A DNA stretch of 64,000 nt from a virus (taxonomy: Duplodnaviria > Caudoviricetes): positions 1-64,000 of IMG/VR virus record IMGVR_UViG_3300005077_000026, one strand, 5' to 3'. The notes under the pieces were generated by a model. It was not told the DNA's origin and did no database searches. It saw only the letters and a program-made list of their open reading frames with translations. Numbering within the stretch: the first letter of the stretch is position 1; each line of letters starts with the position of its first letter. Positions 9,065-17,790 of this stretch are shown one piece after another. A program made the position numbers and the translations under genes.

Positions 9065-9500
9065 GTACTGGTGGTGGCAGCATCGCTTCGGTCCCAAGAA
9101 AGTCAGCAAGAAGCCACCGAAGCCATCCCAGCTCACTCAGTCCGCCTACATGCAGACTGTGCTCTCCATGCAGGAGGAATTCTCAGAAGCGAATCTCACG
9201 GCGGACGATATCGATTCCACCGTTGACGATTACAAGACTCGCTTGGAGGAACTGAAAACAGAGTGTGAGGAGAAGCTGGAGAACATGCCCGAGCAGCTCC
9301 GAGAGAGTTCCGATGCGGGGAACACCTTGCAGGAACGCATTGATGCCCTCGACTCTGCCCTCTCTGAGCTTGAGTCCATTGATACTGAGATGCCCGAGAA
9401 GGAGGAAGATCAGACTCAGGAGAAGTTCGATGAAGAACTGCAAGCGTGGTTAGAGGAGAAGTTGGGAGAGATCGACAGCGCAATTTCGCAGTTGAGTTGA
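8994..9500 (+). CDS. hypothetical protein with basic N-terminus and acidic coiled coil
   Basis: ORF track 8937..9500; strong GC3 codon bias. Confidence 0.7.
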   Translation: MPKVNHVKSARKDNPTLGIKVGDEYWWWQHRFGPKKVSKKPPKPSQLTQSAYMQTVLSMQEEFSEANLTADDIDSTVDDYKTRLEELKTECEEKLENMPEQLRESSDAGNTLQERIDALDSALSELESIDTEMPEKEEDQTQEKFDEELQAWLEEKLGEIDSAISQLS

Positions 9501-9627
9501 GCTTCAAGTCAGTATCGGAGACTTAAGGAGAGCTTGGAGATTCAACGAACTTTTTGAACGAGCATAAACACATGCTTTGAGAGTCGGCGACAAGGGTTGA
9601 AGATGGGAAAAAGCAGCAAAAAACAGC

Positions 9628-9657
9628 TTGACTTTCGAAGCATTAGCGTGATAAGAT
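9628..9657 (+). promoter_or_regulatory. sigma70-like promoter
   Basis: A-tract, TTGACT 9628-9633, TGn+TAAGAT 9652-9657. Confidence 0.6.
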
Positions 9658-9741
9658 TTATCTGTTCTTTCACGGTGTTATGGGAATTGCTCTCGGGGGT
9701 TTTGCAAGGACCTCATACCTCCTACCCCGATGAGCAAAGCG

Positions 9742-9796
9742 GCAAGTGGCGTGTATTGAGAGAATTCGCGGGCTTTCGATCACGCCACTTGCTTTT
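9742..9796 (+). terminator. long hairpin plus T-run (terminator/attenuator-like)
   Basis: GCAAGTGGCGTG 9742-9753 / CACGCCACTTGC 9781-9792, inner G-U-containing stem, followed by TTTT. Confidence 0.5.
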
Positions 9797-9848
9797 CTAA
9801 CTTTGAAAATTTGGGGTCTTCGTCCCCTCCGGATATGTGAGACACAAC

Positions 9849-11129
9849 ATGGAACTTATTCTGCACATTCCCACCACTGCCCTCTCTGATAAACTCAAGA
9901 AATACTTAGAATCCGAAGAATATCAAGAAATGGTGCAAGATTTTGGAGAGGAAGTTTGGCGTCACTCTGACTCCCCATTACGTTTTAGAAAATGCGATTG
10001 GAAGATTTGGTTAGGCAATGGGGAGCAAGGGGAAATGAGAAGTGAAAAAACCGCCGTGGGCGAATTAGTGGGCAAAAAGAAAAGAAAAGAAGCAAAAGAA
10101 AAGAAAAAGATCTTTTCTTCTTACGTTTCTTCTCTACAGTCGAAAGCTTCGCTTTCTCCTTTCGAGAAGAAACTCCAGAAGAAAAGAACGCACTCCACTA
10201 TCGTGGAGAGCGAATATAATGGCTTGGTAAATCAAGTAAATCAAAACCCAAAAGAGTCAAAAACGTTGACAGAAAACAGAACTGTTAACCGCTTTTTAAA
10301 ACTCTGGGCAGACCTCGGTCTGCGGACTCACAAGGTAAAAAGCAAAACGTTTGAAGATACTGTTTGGAAGATAGAAGCATTGCTGAATGGGGAGTTATAT
10401 ACTTCTGGAGCCATTGTTCCTTTTCAGCACATAGGAAAGTCATTCAATTTCTCCCAATTTCTTTTCTCCTCCGAACGTTTTGCTAAAGCAGCCCTTGACA
10501 GAGCTTATTTCCCAAATGAGAAAGCAAAACAGTTTTTGAGGAGACTTACATTAGGTGAGTTTTTGTATTACCCCTATAGTGCAGACTACAAAAACAAGAG
10601 TTTTTTTCTTTACTACCTTGATAGCCCACCTAAACTTATTTCTTACACTCAAGATCTGAATCCCGAATTAACAGATGCCCTAATGGAATCTTATATAAAA
10701 CACATCCACAATTCAACCAACAAGAAGGAACTACTTCAAAGCTTTCTTGATGCTTTCAGAAGGGCATCTAATGGACTCAGTAAAATTCTCACTGATAACA
10801 AGGACAGAATTCACCCGATGATGGTAACCTCCTTGAAAGATCAGGCAGATATACTGGTAAAGACTGCGTTGAAGGTGTTCTCAGATCCTAAACGAATATC
10901 CCCATTTACTCTGACAAGCAACTTCCTGATGGAGCGAATCCCTGTCTACATGCAGAATCAAGGCTTCTTCCTTGCTGGACGGGGAAACTTCTCAATCTAC
11001 AGCTACAAAGGAAACGGTGGACATGCTAACTCTGAAAAAGAGAAGGGTGGAAACGGCACTGGAGCAACAAATAGTAACGGGAATGGTGGTCAGCACAAAG
11101 TTCCTTCAGGACATTCATCCCCTCTATGA
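9849..11129 (+). CDS. hypothetical protein, putative replication initiator/helicase loader by position only
   Basis: long AT-rich ORF directly upstream of and overlapping the DnaB-like gene; no recognised motif. Confidence 0.55.
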   Translation: MELILHIPTTALSDKLKKYLESEEYQEMVQDFGEEVWRHSDSPLRFRKCDWKIWLGNGEQGEMRSEKTAVGELVGKKKRKEAKEKKKIFSSYVSSLQSKASLSPFEKKLQKKRTHSTIVESEYNGLVNQVNQNPKESKTLTENRTVNRFLKLWADLGLRTHKVKSKTFEDTVWKIEALLNGELYTSGAIVPFQHIGKSFNFSQFLFSSERFAKAALDRAYFPNEKAKQFLRRLTLGEFLYYPYSADYKNKSFFLYYLDSPPKLISYTQDLNPELTDALMESYIKHIHNSTNKKELLQSFLDAFRRASNGLSKILTDNKDRIHPMMVTSLKDQADILVKTALKVFSDPKRISPFTLTSNFLMERIPVYMQNQGFFLAGRGNFSIYSYKGNGGHANSEKEKGGNGTGATNSNGNGGQHKVPSGHSSPL

Positions 11130-12570
11130 CAAAAACTATTTTCGCAACTCTTACTTGCAGACTATCTCGGAGTGGTGCGTTGACTACTACGAAGCATATG
11201 AGAAGGCGCCGTTCAGAGACATAAAATCCATCTACGAGTCCGCTGTCTCCACGCTCACAGACGAAGATTCCAACTCGATTGCTGCACTGCTATCGAAGCT
11301 CGATGCACAGTATGAGGAAGGCAGTGTGAACGAAGAATACCTCCTTGATCGCACTCTCCCCTACTTCAAAGAGCGGGAGATGGAGATGATGACAGAGGAC
11401 GTGCAGGCTATGCTTGCAGGGGGAATGATCAAAGAGGCGGAGGAACGAGTAGGACGCTTCAGGAAAGTGCAGAAGCTTACCTCTGGCTGGTTCCGCCCCC
11501 TTGATGATTCTCTGATTTATGAGTACTTCGAGGAGCAGGACGATGATTCTTTCAGGATGCCGGGCCAGCTTGGGGCTTTCTTGGGAAATATTGACAGGGG
11601 GTGGTTAGTAGGCATTGCTGGTGGGTTCAAGAAAGGGAAGACACATTTGGCACGGGAGTTTGCGGTGATGGCGATGCTATCGGGGTTGAGGGTGGCTGAC
11701 TTTTCGCTGGAGATGAGCAAGAAGCAGACACAGGAGAGAACCTACAGGAGACTCACGGCGGCAGGCGATACTGAAGGCCCCTATCTATACCCCATATTCG
11801 ATTGCTTGCTGAATCAGATAGGAAGGTGTCAGCGCCCTGAACGCACCAATACAGTACAGCTAAGAGATAATGGAGAAGAACTTCCTGAGTTTGATCCCAA
11901 TTCCCCCTATCACCCCTGCACTTATTGCAGAGAAAATGGCTTGGAGTTCTACGTTCCAAATGTTTGGTATGAAGAACTACAGCGCCCCTCTCTTGACTAT
12001 CATGGAGCGATGAAGCAGCTTGGCCCCTTGTCGAGGATGTATGGGCATCTTCTGTGGACTAAGTGCTATCCCCGATTCTCTGCCAACTTGACTGACATCC
12101 ATCGTGACTTGGAAATCTTGGAGAGGACTGAGGGGTTTATCCCCGACGTGATCGTGATCGACTATGCAGACATCTTGGCACCGGAGGACAATCGTGAGGT
12201 AGGAATTGACAAGGAGGACAAGACGTGGATGGCGCTGGCACGGTTAGCCAGTGAAAGAAAGGCCCGTGTGATCACCCCCACACAGGTGACAAGAGATGCA
12301 TTAGAAGCATATTTGTTGCAGGAATCACATATGAGCAAATGGATTGGCAAGTTGGGTCATGTGGACATGATGTTAACGGTTAATCAATCTCCAGAGGAGA
12401 AAAGGAGGGGGCTTACACGAATCGGAATGATCGCACACCGACACCGAAACTTTGATCCACAGGCAACCGTTATGCTCCTACAGCAACTCTCACTTGGGCA
12501 GGTAAATCTCGACAGTCAGAAAGGGACGCTGAAGGATGAAATTGACGAGGAGGAAACAGATGGACAATAG
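11023..12570 (+). CDS. DnaB-like replicative helicase
   Basis: GGFKKGKT Walker A, FSLEM, VIVIDYAD Walker B, GHVDMM. Confidence 0.85.
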   Translation: MLTLKKRRVETALEQQIVTGMVVSTKFLQDIHPLYDKNYFRNSYLQTISEWCVDYYEAYEKAPFRDIKSIYESAVSTLTDEDSNSIAALLSKLDAQYEEGSVNEEYLLDRTLPYFKEREMEMMTEDVQAMLAGGMIKEAEERVGRFRKVQKLTSGWFRPLDDSLIYEYFEEQDDDSFRMPGQLGAFLGNIDRGWLVGIAGGFKKGKTHLAREFAVMAMLSGLRVADFSLEMSKKQTQERTYRRLTAAGDTEGPYLYPIFDCLLNQIGRCQRPERTNTVQLRDNGEELPEFDPNSPYHPCTYCRENGLEFYVPNVWYEELQRPSLDYHGAMKQLGPLSRMYGHLLWTKCYPRFSANLTDIHRDLEILERTEGFIPDVIVIDYADILAPEDNREVGIDKEDKTWMALARLASERKARVITPTQVTRDALEAYLLQESHMSKWIGKLGHVDMMLTVNQSPEEKRRGLTRIGMIAHRHRNFDPQATVMLLQQLSLGQVNLDSQKGTLKDEIDEEETDGQ

Positions 12571-12760
12571 CCCTAAACCAGTTGTAGAATTGATCAATAA
12601 AGTGGACGGCAACATCTTTGCTATCGTTGGGGTTTGCAGCAGGGCGCTTAAACGTGCAGGACTCCCCGAACAAGCAAAGAAGATGCAGGATGAAATTTTT
12701 GCTTGCAAGAGCTATGATCAGGCTCTCCACATCATTATGAAATATGTGGAGGTCACATGA
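12560..12760 (+). CDS. hypothetical protein
   Basis: GGAGG RBS; ORF track 12536..12760. Confidence 0.65.
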   Translation: MDNSPKPVVELINKVDGNIFAIVGVCSRALKRAGLPEQAKKMQDEIFACKSYDQALHIIMKYVEVT

Positions 12761-13344
12761 TCAAAGAGGACTACCCACATAAGGGGAGTTTTGTTGACTG
12801 GACCATGGAACAACTGGATCACTTCGATAAAGAGGATGAGGTCCTTGTCATATCTCCAGGGTTCAATGTCAGCAGCTATCCTAATGTTTACACTAATGGC
12901 CCTAATGGAGAGATCGATATAATCACAACCATTGATGATCTGATGCTCAGAGGCGATGTCTGTAAAATTAAAGCGGTGATAATGAGCAGGGTTTTTGAGC
13001 ATCTTTCCATGAGGGACGTTGATTGGTATCTATACAACATTTTCAAAATACTGGAGTTTGCTGGTCAGTTGATCTTGGCCGTTCCTGACATGGACTTCCA
13101 TTTAGAGTGGCTTCAAAATGAACTGGCCACGTCCCACCCTGATCACTTTATTCTCCACAAGATTCACACCTCATTGTTCAATGAGGGAAAGGATACTAAA
13201 GACTACCATAAAATTTGGACAAATGAGAAAATGATGCGCTACCTTCTTTTGCGGGAAGGGCTGTTTGCTATCAGTCGATTGTCAAGAGTGACTATTGATA
13301 CCAAAACTGAGGTTTCTCTGGAAATCGTAGCAAGGAGACTCTAA
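12757..13344 (+). CDS. methyltransferase type 11-like protein
   Basis: SRVFEHL...GQLILAVPD pattern; no clear glycine-rich motif I. Confidence 0.5.
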   Translation: MIKEDYPHKGSFVDWTMEQLDHFDKEDEVLVISPGFNVSSYPNVYTNGPNGEIDIITTIDDLMLRGDVCKIKAVIMSRVFEHLSMRDVDWYLYNIFKILEFAGQLILAVPDMDFHLEWLQNELATSHPDHFILHKIHTSLFNEGKDTKDYHKIWTNEKMMRYLLLREGLFAISRLSRVTIDTKTEVSLEIVARRL

Positions 13345-13345
13345 C

Positions 13346-13576
13346 ATGGATAAAGAGCTATTGGCACACAGGATGGAGGATTGCAACACCGACCTATCCA
13401 ACATTCAGATTCAAGTTGCAGCTATCGCGGTTATCTCCGACAAGATCGACAAGGAAAATCTTGGGGAGTTAGCTCCCAAGATCAGCCTTGAGGCCAGGGG
13501 CACCTACGAAAAAATCACTGAAATCAAGAGAGAACTGGAGGAAATCAAATGGGAGATGCTGGAACTAAAGAAGTGA
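13346..13576 (+). CDS. hypothetical coiled-coil protein
   Basis: ORF with AGGAG RBS. Confidence 0.55.
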   Translation: MDKELLAHRMEDCNTDLSNIQIQVAAIAVISDKIDKENLGELAPKISLEARGTYEKITEIKRELEEIKWEMLELKK

Positions 13577-13773
13577 AACAGGAGCCCACCCCGATCCCGG
13601 AACACATGGCAGAGAACTTTGATGACCTGCTCCAAACCATGAGCAGAATGGCAGAAGCAACAAAAGTTTTCTCTGCTGCCATGATCAAGTTCTCAAAGGA
13701 TCTGGAGCAGGTGGCAAAGTTGGTGGTGGAAATCAAAATGAATCAACGTCTGAAGGTTCGGGAGGGGAGATGA
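13573..13773 (+). CDS. hypothetical protein
   Basis: ORF track 13549..13773; GTGA overlap. Confidence 0.5.
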   Translation: MKQEPTPIPEHMAENFDDLLQTMSRMAEATKVFSAAMIKFSKDLEQVAKLVVEIKMNQRLKVREGR

Positions 13774-14141
13774 TCACAATTACACGGAGGTTCCATTTTG
13801 AAGCTGCCCACCTGCTGCCAGAGCATGAAGGCAAGTGCAAGTGTCTTCATGGGCACAGCTATAAGGTGGAGATTACTGTGGGTGGACCTTTAAAGACAGA
13901 AGGTCCTGAGGGTGGTATGGTAATGGATTTTGGAAAGCTCAAGAAGGTGGTTCAATCAGAGGTGCTTTCCAAACTCGATCACACCCTGCTCAATGACACG
14001 GTGCCTAAAGACTTTCATCCACCTACCGCAGAGAATCTTTGTTACCACATTGCAGGCATCCTACTTAAGTCAGGGATTCCTCTGCGAAGGGTAAGGATCT
14101 ACGAAACCGAAGACAGTCACGCGGACTGGGAAAGGGGGTAA
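13770..14141 (+). CDS. queD: 6-carboxy-5,6,7,8-tetrahydropterin synthase
   Basis: FEAAHLL, CKCLHGHSY, DFGKLK, LDH, PTAENL, ETEDS. Confidence 0.95.
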   Translation: MITITRRFHFEAAHLLPEHEGKCKCLHGHSYKVEITVGGPLKTEGPEGGMVMDFGKLKKVVQSEVLSKLDHTLLNDTVPKDFHPPTAENLCYHIAGILLKSGIPLRRVRIYETEDSHADWERG

Positions 14142-14148
14142 ATAGGGC

Positions 14149-14322
14149 ATGAACACTTTTGCAGTCTATCAAACCCAACCAGAACTCAAACCAGATTCCG
14201 TAGAGGCAGCAAGGGCAACTATCAATCCTAATGGTGACCTGATCTTCACAGATGAGAATGATTTGGTCTCTGCTGCATACGCCTCCAGTAGCTGGTCAAA
14301 GGTAGAAAGGGATCCGAAATGA
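14149..14322 (+). CDS. small hypothetical protein, 57 aa (not in ORF track)
   Basis: manual translation MNTFAVYQ...ERDPK; ATGA overlap with queE. Confidence 0.5.
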   Translation: MNTFAVYQTQPELKPDSVEAARATINPNGDLIFTDENDLVSAAYASSSWSKVERDPK

Positions 14323-15023
14323 ACCTGAACGTCTATTCCATTTTTGTTTCGATCATGGGGGAGAGGGGAGATGGCCGCTGCAATCAGGGAGACTGGACTG
14401 CATTTCTGCGTTTGGCAGGCTGCAATCTGAAATGCAAGTGGTGTGATACTCGGAACGCCCAAGCACTTAACTCAGGTCACCCCTCCTCTATAGATGGTGT
14501 CATTGTTGCCCTCCGGCGGGAGCTGTCAGATTTTAACCCCCGCAAATACAACATCCTTGTGACTGGGGGGGAGCCCCTTCTTCAGAAGGACGCTTTGAAG
14601 GAACTGTTTGATCGGATGATAGATTGCAGATTCATTGTGGAGACAAATGGCAGCATCGATGTCCGTGATTTGCTTACTAAAAGCAATGTCTCCCTTGTTG
14701 TCGATCACAAGTGCCCCAGCTCTGGTGTCTCGGAGAAGATGATCGTTCAGCCGATGCACCTGCGGCAGCGAGATGTGCTCAAGTTTGTGGTGGCAAATGA
14801 GGATGATTATCTCCATGCCCGCTCAATCATCAGAGACCTTCCCTTTCCCCCTCTCTGCACTCTTGTTATGTCCCCCGTAGCAGGGAACAATTCTCCTGAG
14901 GAGGGGGTCGATTATCAATTGTCGAGAGAGCTAAAGTACCATCTCTTCCAATGGATCGCTCGGGATAAGTTGTTCCAAGTGGGCATCAATCTTCAATTGC
15001 ACAAGATTCTGTCGGTTGAGTAG
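14319..15023 (+). CDS. queE: 7-carboxy-7-deazaguanine synthase (radical SAM)
   Basis: SIMGE, FLRLAGCNLKCKWCDT, TGGEPLLQ, ETNG, QLHK. Confidence 0.92.
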   Translation: MNLNVYSIFVSIMGERGDGRCNQGDWTAFLRLAGCNLKCKWCDTRNAQALNSGHPSSIDGVIVALRRELSDFNPRKYNILVTGGEPLLQKDALKELFDRMIDCRFIVETNGSIDVRDLLTKSNVSLVVDHKCPSSGVSEKMIVQPMHLRQRDVLKFVVANEDDYLHARSIIRDLPFPPLCTLVMSPVAGNNSPEEGVDYQLSRELKYHLFQWIARDKLFQVGINLQLHKILSVE

Positions 15024-15072
15024 GACAGGTGGTGAGTCTGTAAGGATTTTTAAAGGGATTAAAAATTTTTGC

Positions 15073-15101
15073 TTGACATAAAAAACTTTCTGCATTATTC
15101 T
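15073..15101 (+). promoter_or_regulatory. strong sigma70-like promoter
   Basis: A/T tract, TTGACA 15073-15078, 17 nt, TATTCT 15096-15101. Confidence 0.7.
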
Positions 15102-15173
15102 CCATGTAGACTAAGCGCATTGCTTGACAGTGCGCCATCAAACACCAAACCGTGAAGGAAAGGAGTAAAGAGT

Positions 15174-15914
15174 ATGGGACTTGTCAATTTGGAAAGCTGT
15201 GACAAAGCGAAACTGAAGGAATCGGTGAAGGCGCTCAATCCCTACCTGGAGAAGGCAGGGATGGAGAAAGTCAAGGTCGTGGGGATCAGTCCCCAGGCGA
15301 TGGCCGATGGGTTCACCGTGCAGATGGAAGCACTCGCAGATGCCAACCTGCTCGATCCCGTCAAGGCAGAGGTCGGCTCCGTGGTCGACCTCTACAACTC
15401 GCTGGCGTTCATCAAAGACGGCGCTTCTGAGTGGGCATCAAAAGCGACTGCCCCTGCTGCCCCTGCTGCCCCTGCTGCCCCGGCCGGCGATGCGGCTGCT
15501 CCCGTTGAGGGTGTTGAGGGTGTTGAGGGTGCTGCTGCTGCCGAAGCTCCCGTGAAAAAGGAGCGTAAGAAGAAGGAAAAGCCCCCGGTCGATCCCAATG
15601 CGCCCAAGAAGCCGCGCGGCAATCCGCCGAAGACCGGCCTCATGTCCCGTCCGAAGGATTTCGAGGACGTCAAGAAGCGGATCGAGAACCCCGCCACCCC
15701 GACGGCCTATCTCGAGGGACTGCTGCTCAAGGGTGGCAAGAAGCAGGACATCGTGAATGCGTTTCAGGAGTGGCGCAAGGTCAATGCTCCCGAGTTCAAT
15801 ACTCACTACAAGAACGTCAACTCCCTGAACGCCCATCTGGAGTACCGCCGGAGTAAGGGCTACGTCTACGAGGAGAAGGACGACTTCGTTCAACTGGTCG
15901 GGTTTAACGTTTAA
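15174..15914 (+). CDS. hypothetical protein, probably highly expressed, with Ala/Pro linker and Lys-rich segment
   Basis: AAGGAG RBS, extreme GC3 bias, PAAPAAPAAP and KKERKKKEK segments. Confidence 0.8.
   Translation: MGLVNLESCDKAKLKESVKALNPYLEKAGMEKVKVVGISPQAMADGFTVQMEALADANLLDPVKAEVGSVVDLYNSLAFIKDGASEWASKATAPAAPAAPAAPAGDAAAPVEGVEGVEGAAAAEAPVKKERKKKEKPPVDPNAPKKPRGNPPKTGLMSRPKDFEDVKKRIENPATPTAYLEGLLLKGGKKQDIVNAFQEWRKVNAPEFNTHYKNVNSLNAHLEYRRSKGYVYEEKDDFVQLVGFNV
15448..15530 (+). repeat. in-frame 9-nt tandem repeats
   Basis: CTGCCCCTG about x3.7 (15448-15480); GTTGAGGGT x3 (15504-15530). Confidence 0.85.
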
Positions 15915-15938
15915 TCTCGCAGACGGAGCCGAAGCGTC

Positions 15939-16523
15939 ATGGATAAGTCAATCGTTGTCGATGCCATGACTCGCTTGATTAGCGAAGGGTTGGGGTTGGA
16001 TCTTTCCGACCCCAACCTTCGTCGCACCCCCGAGCGGGTCGCCAAGATGTACTGCAATGAGTTCTTCGCAAGCGTAGGGAGGGAGTTCGATGGTGTTACC
16101 TGCTTCCCAGCTCCTGCAAAATCCAAAGACATTATCATGTTTGATAACATCGATTTTGTCTCCATGTGCTCCCATCATTTCCTCCCCTTTACTGGCAGAG
16201 CTTGGGTTCTCTACATTCCCGGGGACAAGATCGTGGGAGCATCAAAACCTGCCCGTATCGTTTCCCATTATGCCAAAAGACCCCAGCTCCAAGAACAACT
16301 CTGCCGAGATGTTATCAACTGTTTCAATAACGCAGTGCAGCCTGAAGGTAGCATGGTATACATGCGAGCCATTCATCAGTGCATGTCCTGCCGAGGAGCC
16401 CAGCAGAGTCAGAAAGCTGGAATGACCACGTCGGCAGTCGAGGGTATCTTTCTCAAAGATTCCACCCTGGAACTGAAAGCCCTTGAAATGATAAAACTCT
16501 CAACCACAATGATCCTCTCATAG
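15939..16523 (+). CDS. folE: GTP cyclohydrolase I
   Basis: TPERVAKMY, SMCSHHFLPF, GASK, RPQLQE, HQCMSCRG. Confidence 0.95.
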   Translation: MDKSIVVDAMTRLISEGLGLDLSDPNLRRTPERVAKMYCNEFFASVGREFDGVTCFPAPAKSKDIIMFDNIDFVSMCSHHFLPFTGRAWVLYIPGDKIVGASKPARIVSHYAKRPQLQEQLCRDVINCFNNAVQPEGSMVYMRAIHQCMSCRGAQQSQKAGMTTSAVEGIFLKDSTLELKALEMIKLSTTMILS

Positions 16524-16536
16524 GGGAGTCCTTCCC

Positions 16537-17508
16537 ATGATAAGCGTAATCTATCTAACCCGTCGTTGCCCCCGTGCCTGCTCCTACTGCGGAATCAAAG
16601 AATCTCGGAAGACTGAGCTATCCACCAGTCAATGGCTTGAAGCGTTCTACATTCTGAAAAAGATCGGGGTGCAGTTCAACCTCATTCTTGGAAACGAGCC
16701 TTGGCTCCTTGGGGATATGCCCATCATTGTCAATGAGCATGGCACCCCCTATGCTGTCTATTCCTCTGCCTTTATGCCCCTATTCATGGAGCGAAGAAAA
16801 ATATTCTTTGGTGAAATGGGGCTAAAAAACTTCTCTGTTGGAATCGACTACCCCCCACAATATGTAGAAAGCCGGCAAGGGGAAGTCACTCAGGAAGAAA
16901 AGAAATCTCTTGATGCCTGGAAAGCCCTGTGTTGGATAAGAGAAAATTATCCCGATGTGGAGTGCCAGGGCACTATCACGATCCACAAGAAGAACATTTG
17001 GTATCTCAAGACTTTGATGGAGATGCTGACAGAGAAAGGGATTTGGATAGGGGCAAACACAATTCACTGGTCTTTTCAGAAAGAGATGGACTTCGCAGGG
17101 GAATGGGACCATCGATTTGCATTGGAGAGAAGTACAAACGATTTGCAGTACCTGACAGAGATGGCAGAGAAAAAGAAATACAAACTCCATATGCCAGAGT
17201 ATCTCCAACAAGAGAATCAGTTCAACCTTGCTCACAGAATGTGGCACTGTAGGGGCAATCCTTATGATGGGCCCACTGTAGATGCAGATGGTACTCTAAG
17301 GTGCTGTGGTTATGTAAAGGGGGAGAGATCAAGTAAGTTCTCCATTTTCGACCTTCCCCACGAGCTTCACGAATATCGAAAGGCAGTGATGGAGGATGCC
17401 CTAAGATGTAGGGGCTGCTTCTGGTCCTGTGCTTGGGGTTATCATTTCTACAAGAAAAATTCTCCTGACCAACTTGTCTCTATCTTCGCAGAACACAAGA
17501 GGGGGTAA
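16537..17508 (+). CDS. radical SAM protein with C-terminal SPASM/twitch-like Cys motifs
   Basis: CPRACSYC; C-terminal C...DADGTLRCC...CRGCFWSC. Confidence 0.8.
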   Translation: MISVIYLTRRCPRACSYCGIKESRKTELSTSQWLEAFYILKKIGVQFNLILGNEPWLLGDMPIIVNEHGTPYAVYSSAFMPLFMERRKIFFGEMGLKNFSVGIDYPPQYVESRQGEVTQEEKKSLDAWKALCWIRENYPDVECQGTITIHKKNIWYLKTLMEMLTEKGIWIGANTIHWSFQKEMDFAGEWDHRFALERSTNDLQYLTEMAEKKKYKLHMPEYLQQENQFNLAHRMWHCRGNPYDGPTVDADGTLRCCGYVKGERSSKFSIFDLPHELHEYRKAVMEDALRCRGCFWSCAWGYHFYKKNSPDQLVSIFAEHKRG

Positions 17509-17511
17509 CCG

Positions 17512-17790
17512 ATGAGAGGCAAAAGTTTTTATTGCCCAGCAAATAACATTTGGGGAACAATCCGGAAAGCAATAAAGGAATACCCAGGAACCAAATTCTC
17601 CCTTTCTGAAGTTCACAGCTACCTCATTGCTATCAGGGGGAACAATGAAATCACCCTTGCTCAGGTGCAGAACTTTGGAAGGAAAGTGATCACTTCCATG
17701 CGCTATCGAAAGATGCTAATAGACACAGGGGCAAGGCGAAAAAACAAAGAAATCGTTTGGGCAAAAGGAGATATGTCATGTGTGGAATAG
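17512..17790 (+). CDS. hypothetical basic protein
   Basis: ORF within the operon. Confidence 0.55.
   Translation: MRGKSFYCPANNIWGTIRKAIKEYPGTKFSLSEVHSYLIAIRGNNEITLAQVQNFGRKVITSMRYRKMLIDTGARRKNKEIVWAKGDMSCVE

Noticed and set aside
11023-11129. 107-nt overlap between the putative initiator and the helicase as a dual-coding element
   Set aside because: The overlapping tail is low-complexity Gly/Asn and probably a non-functional extension
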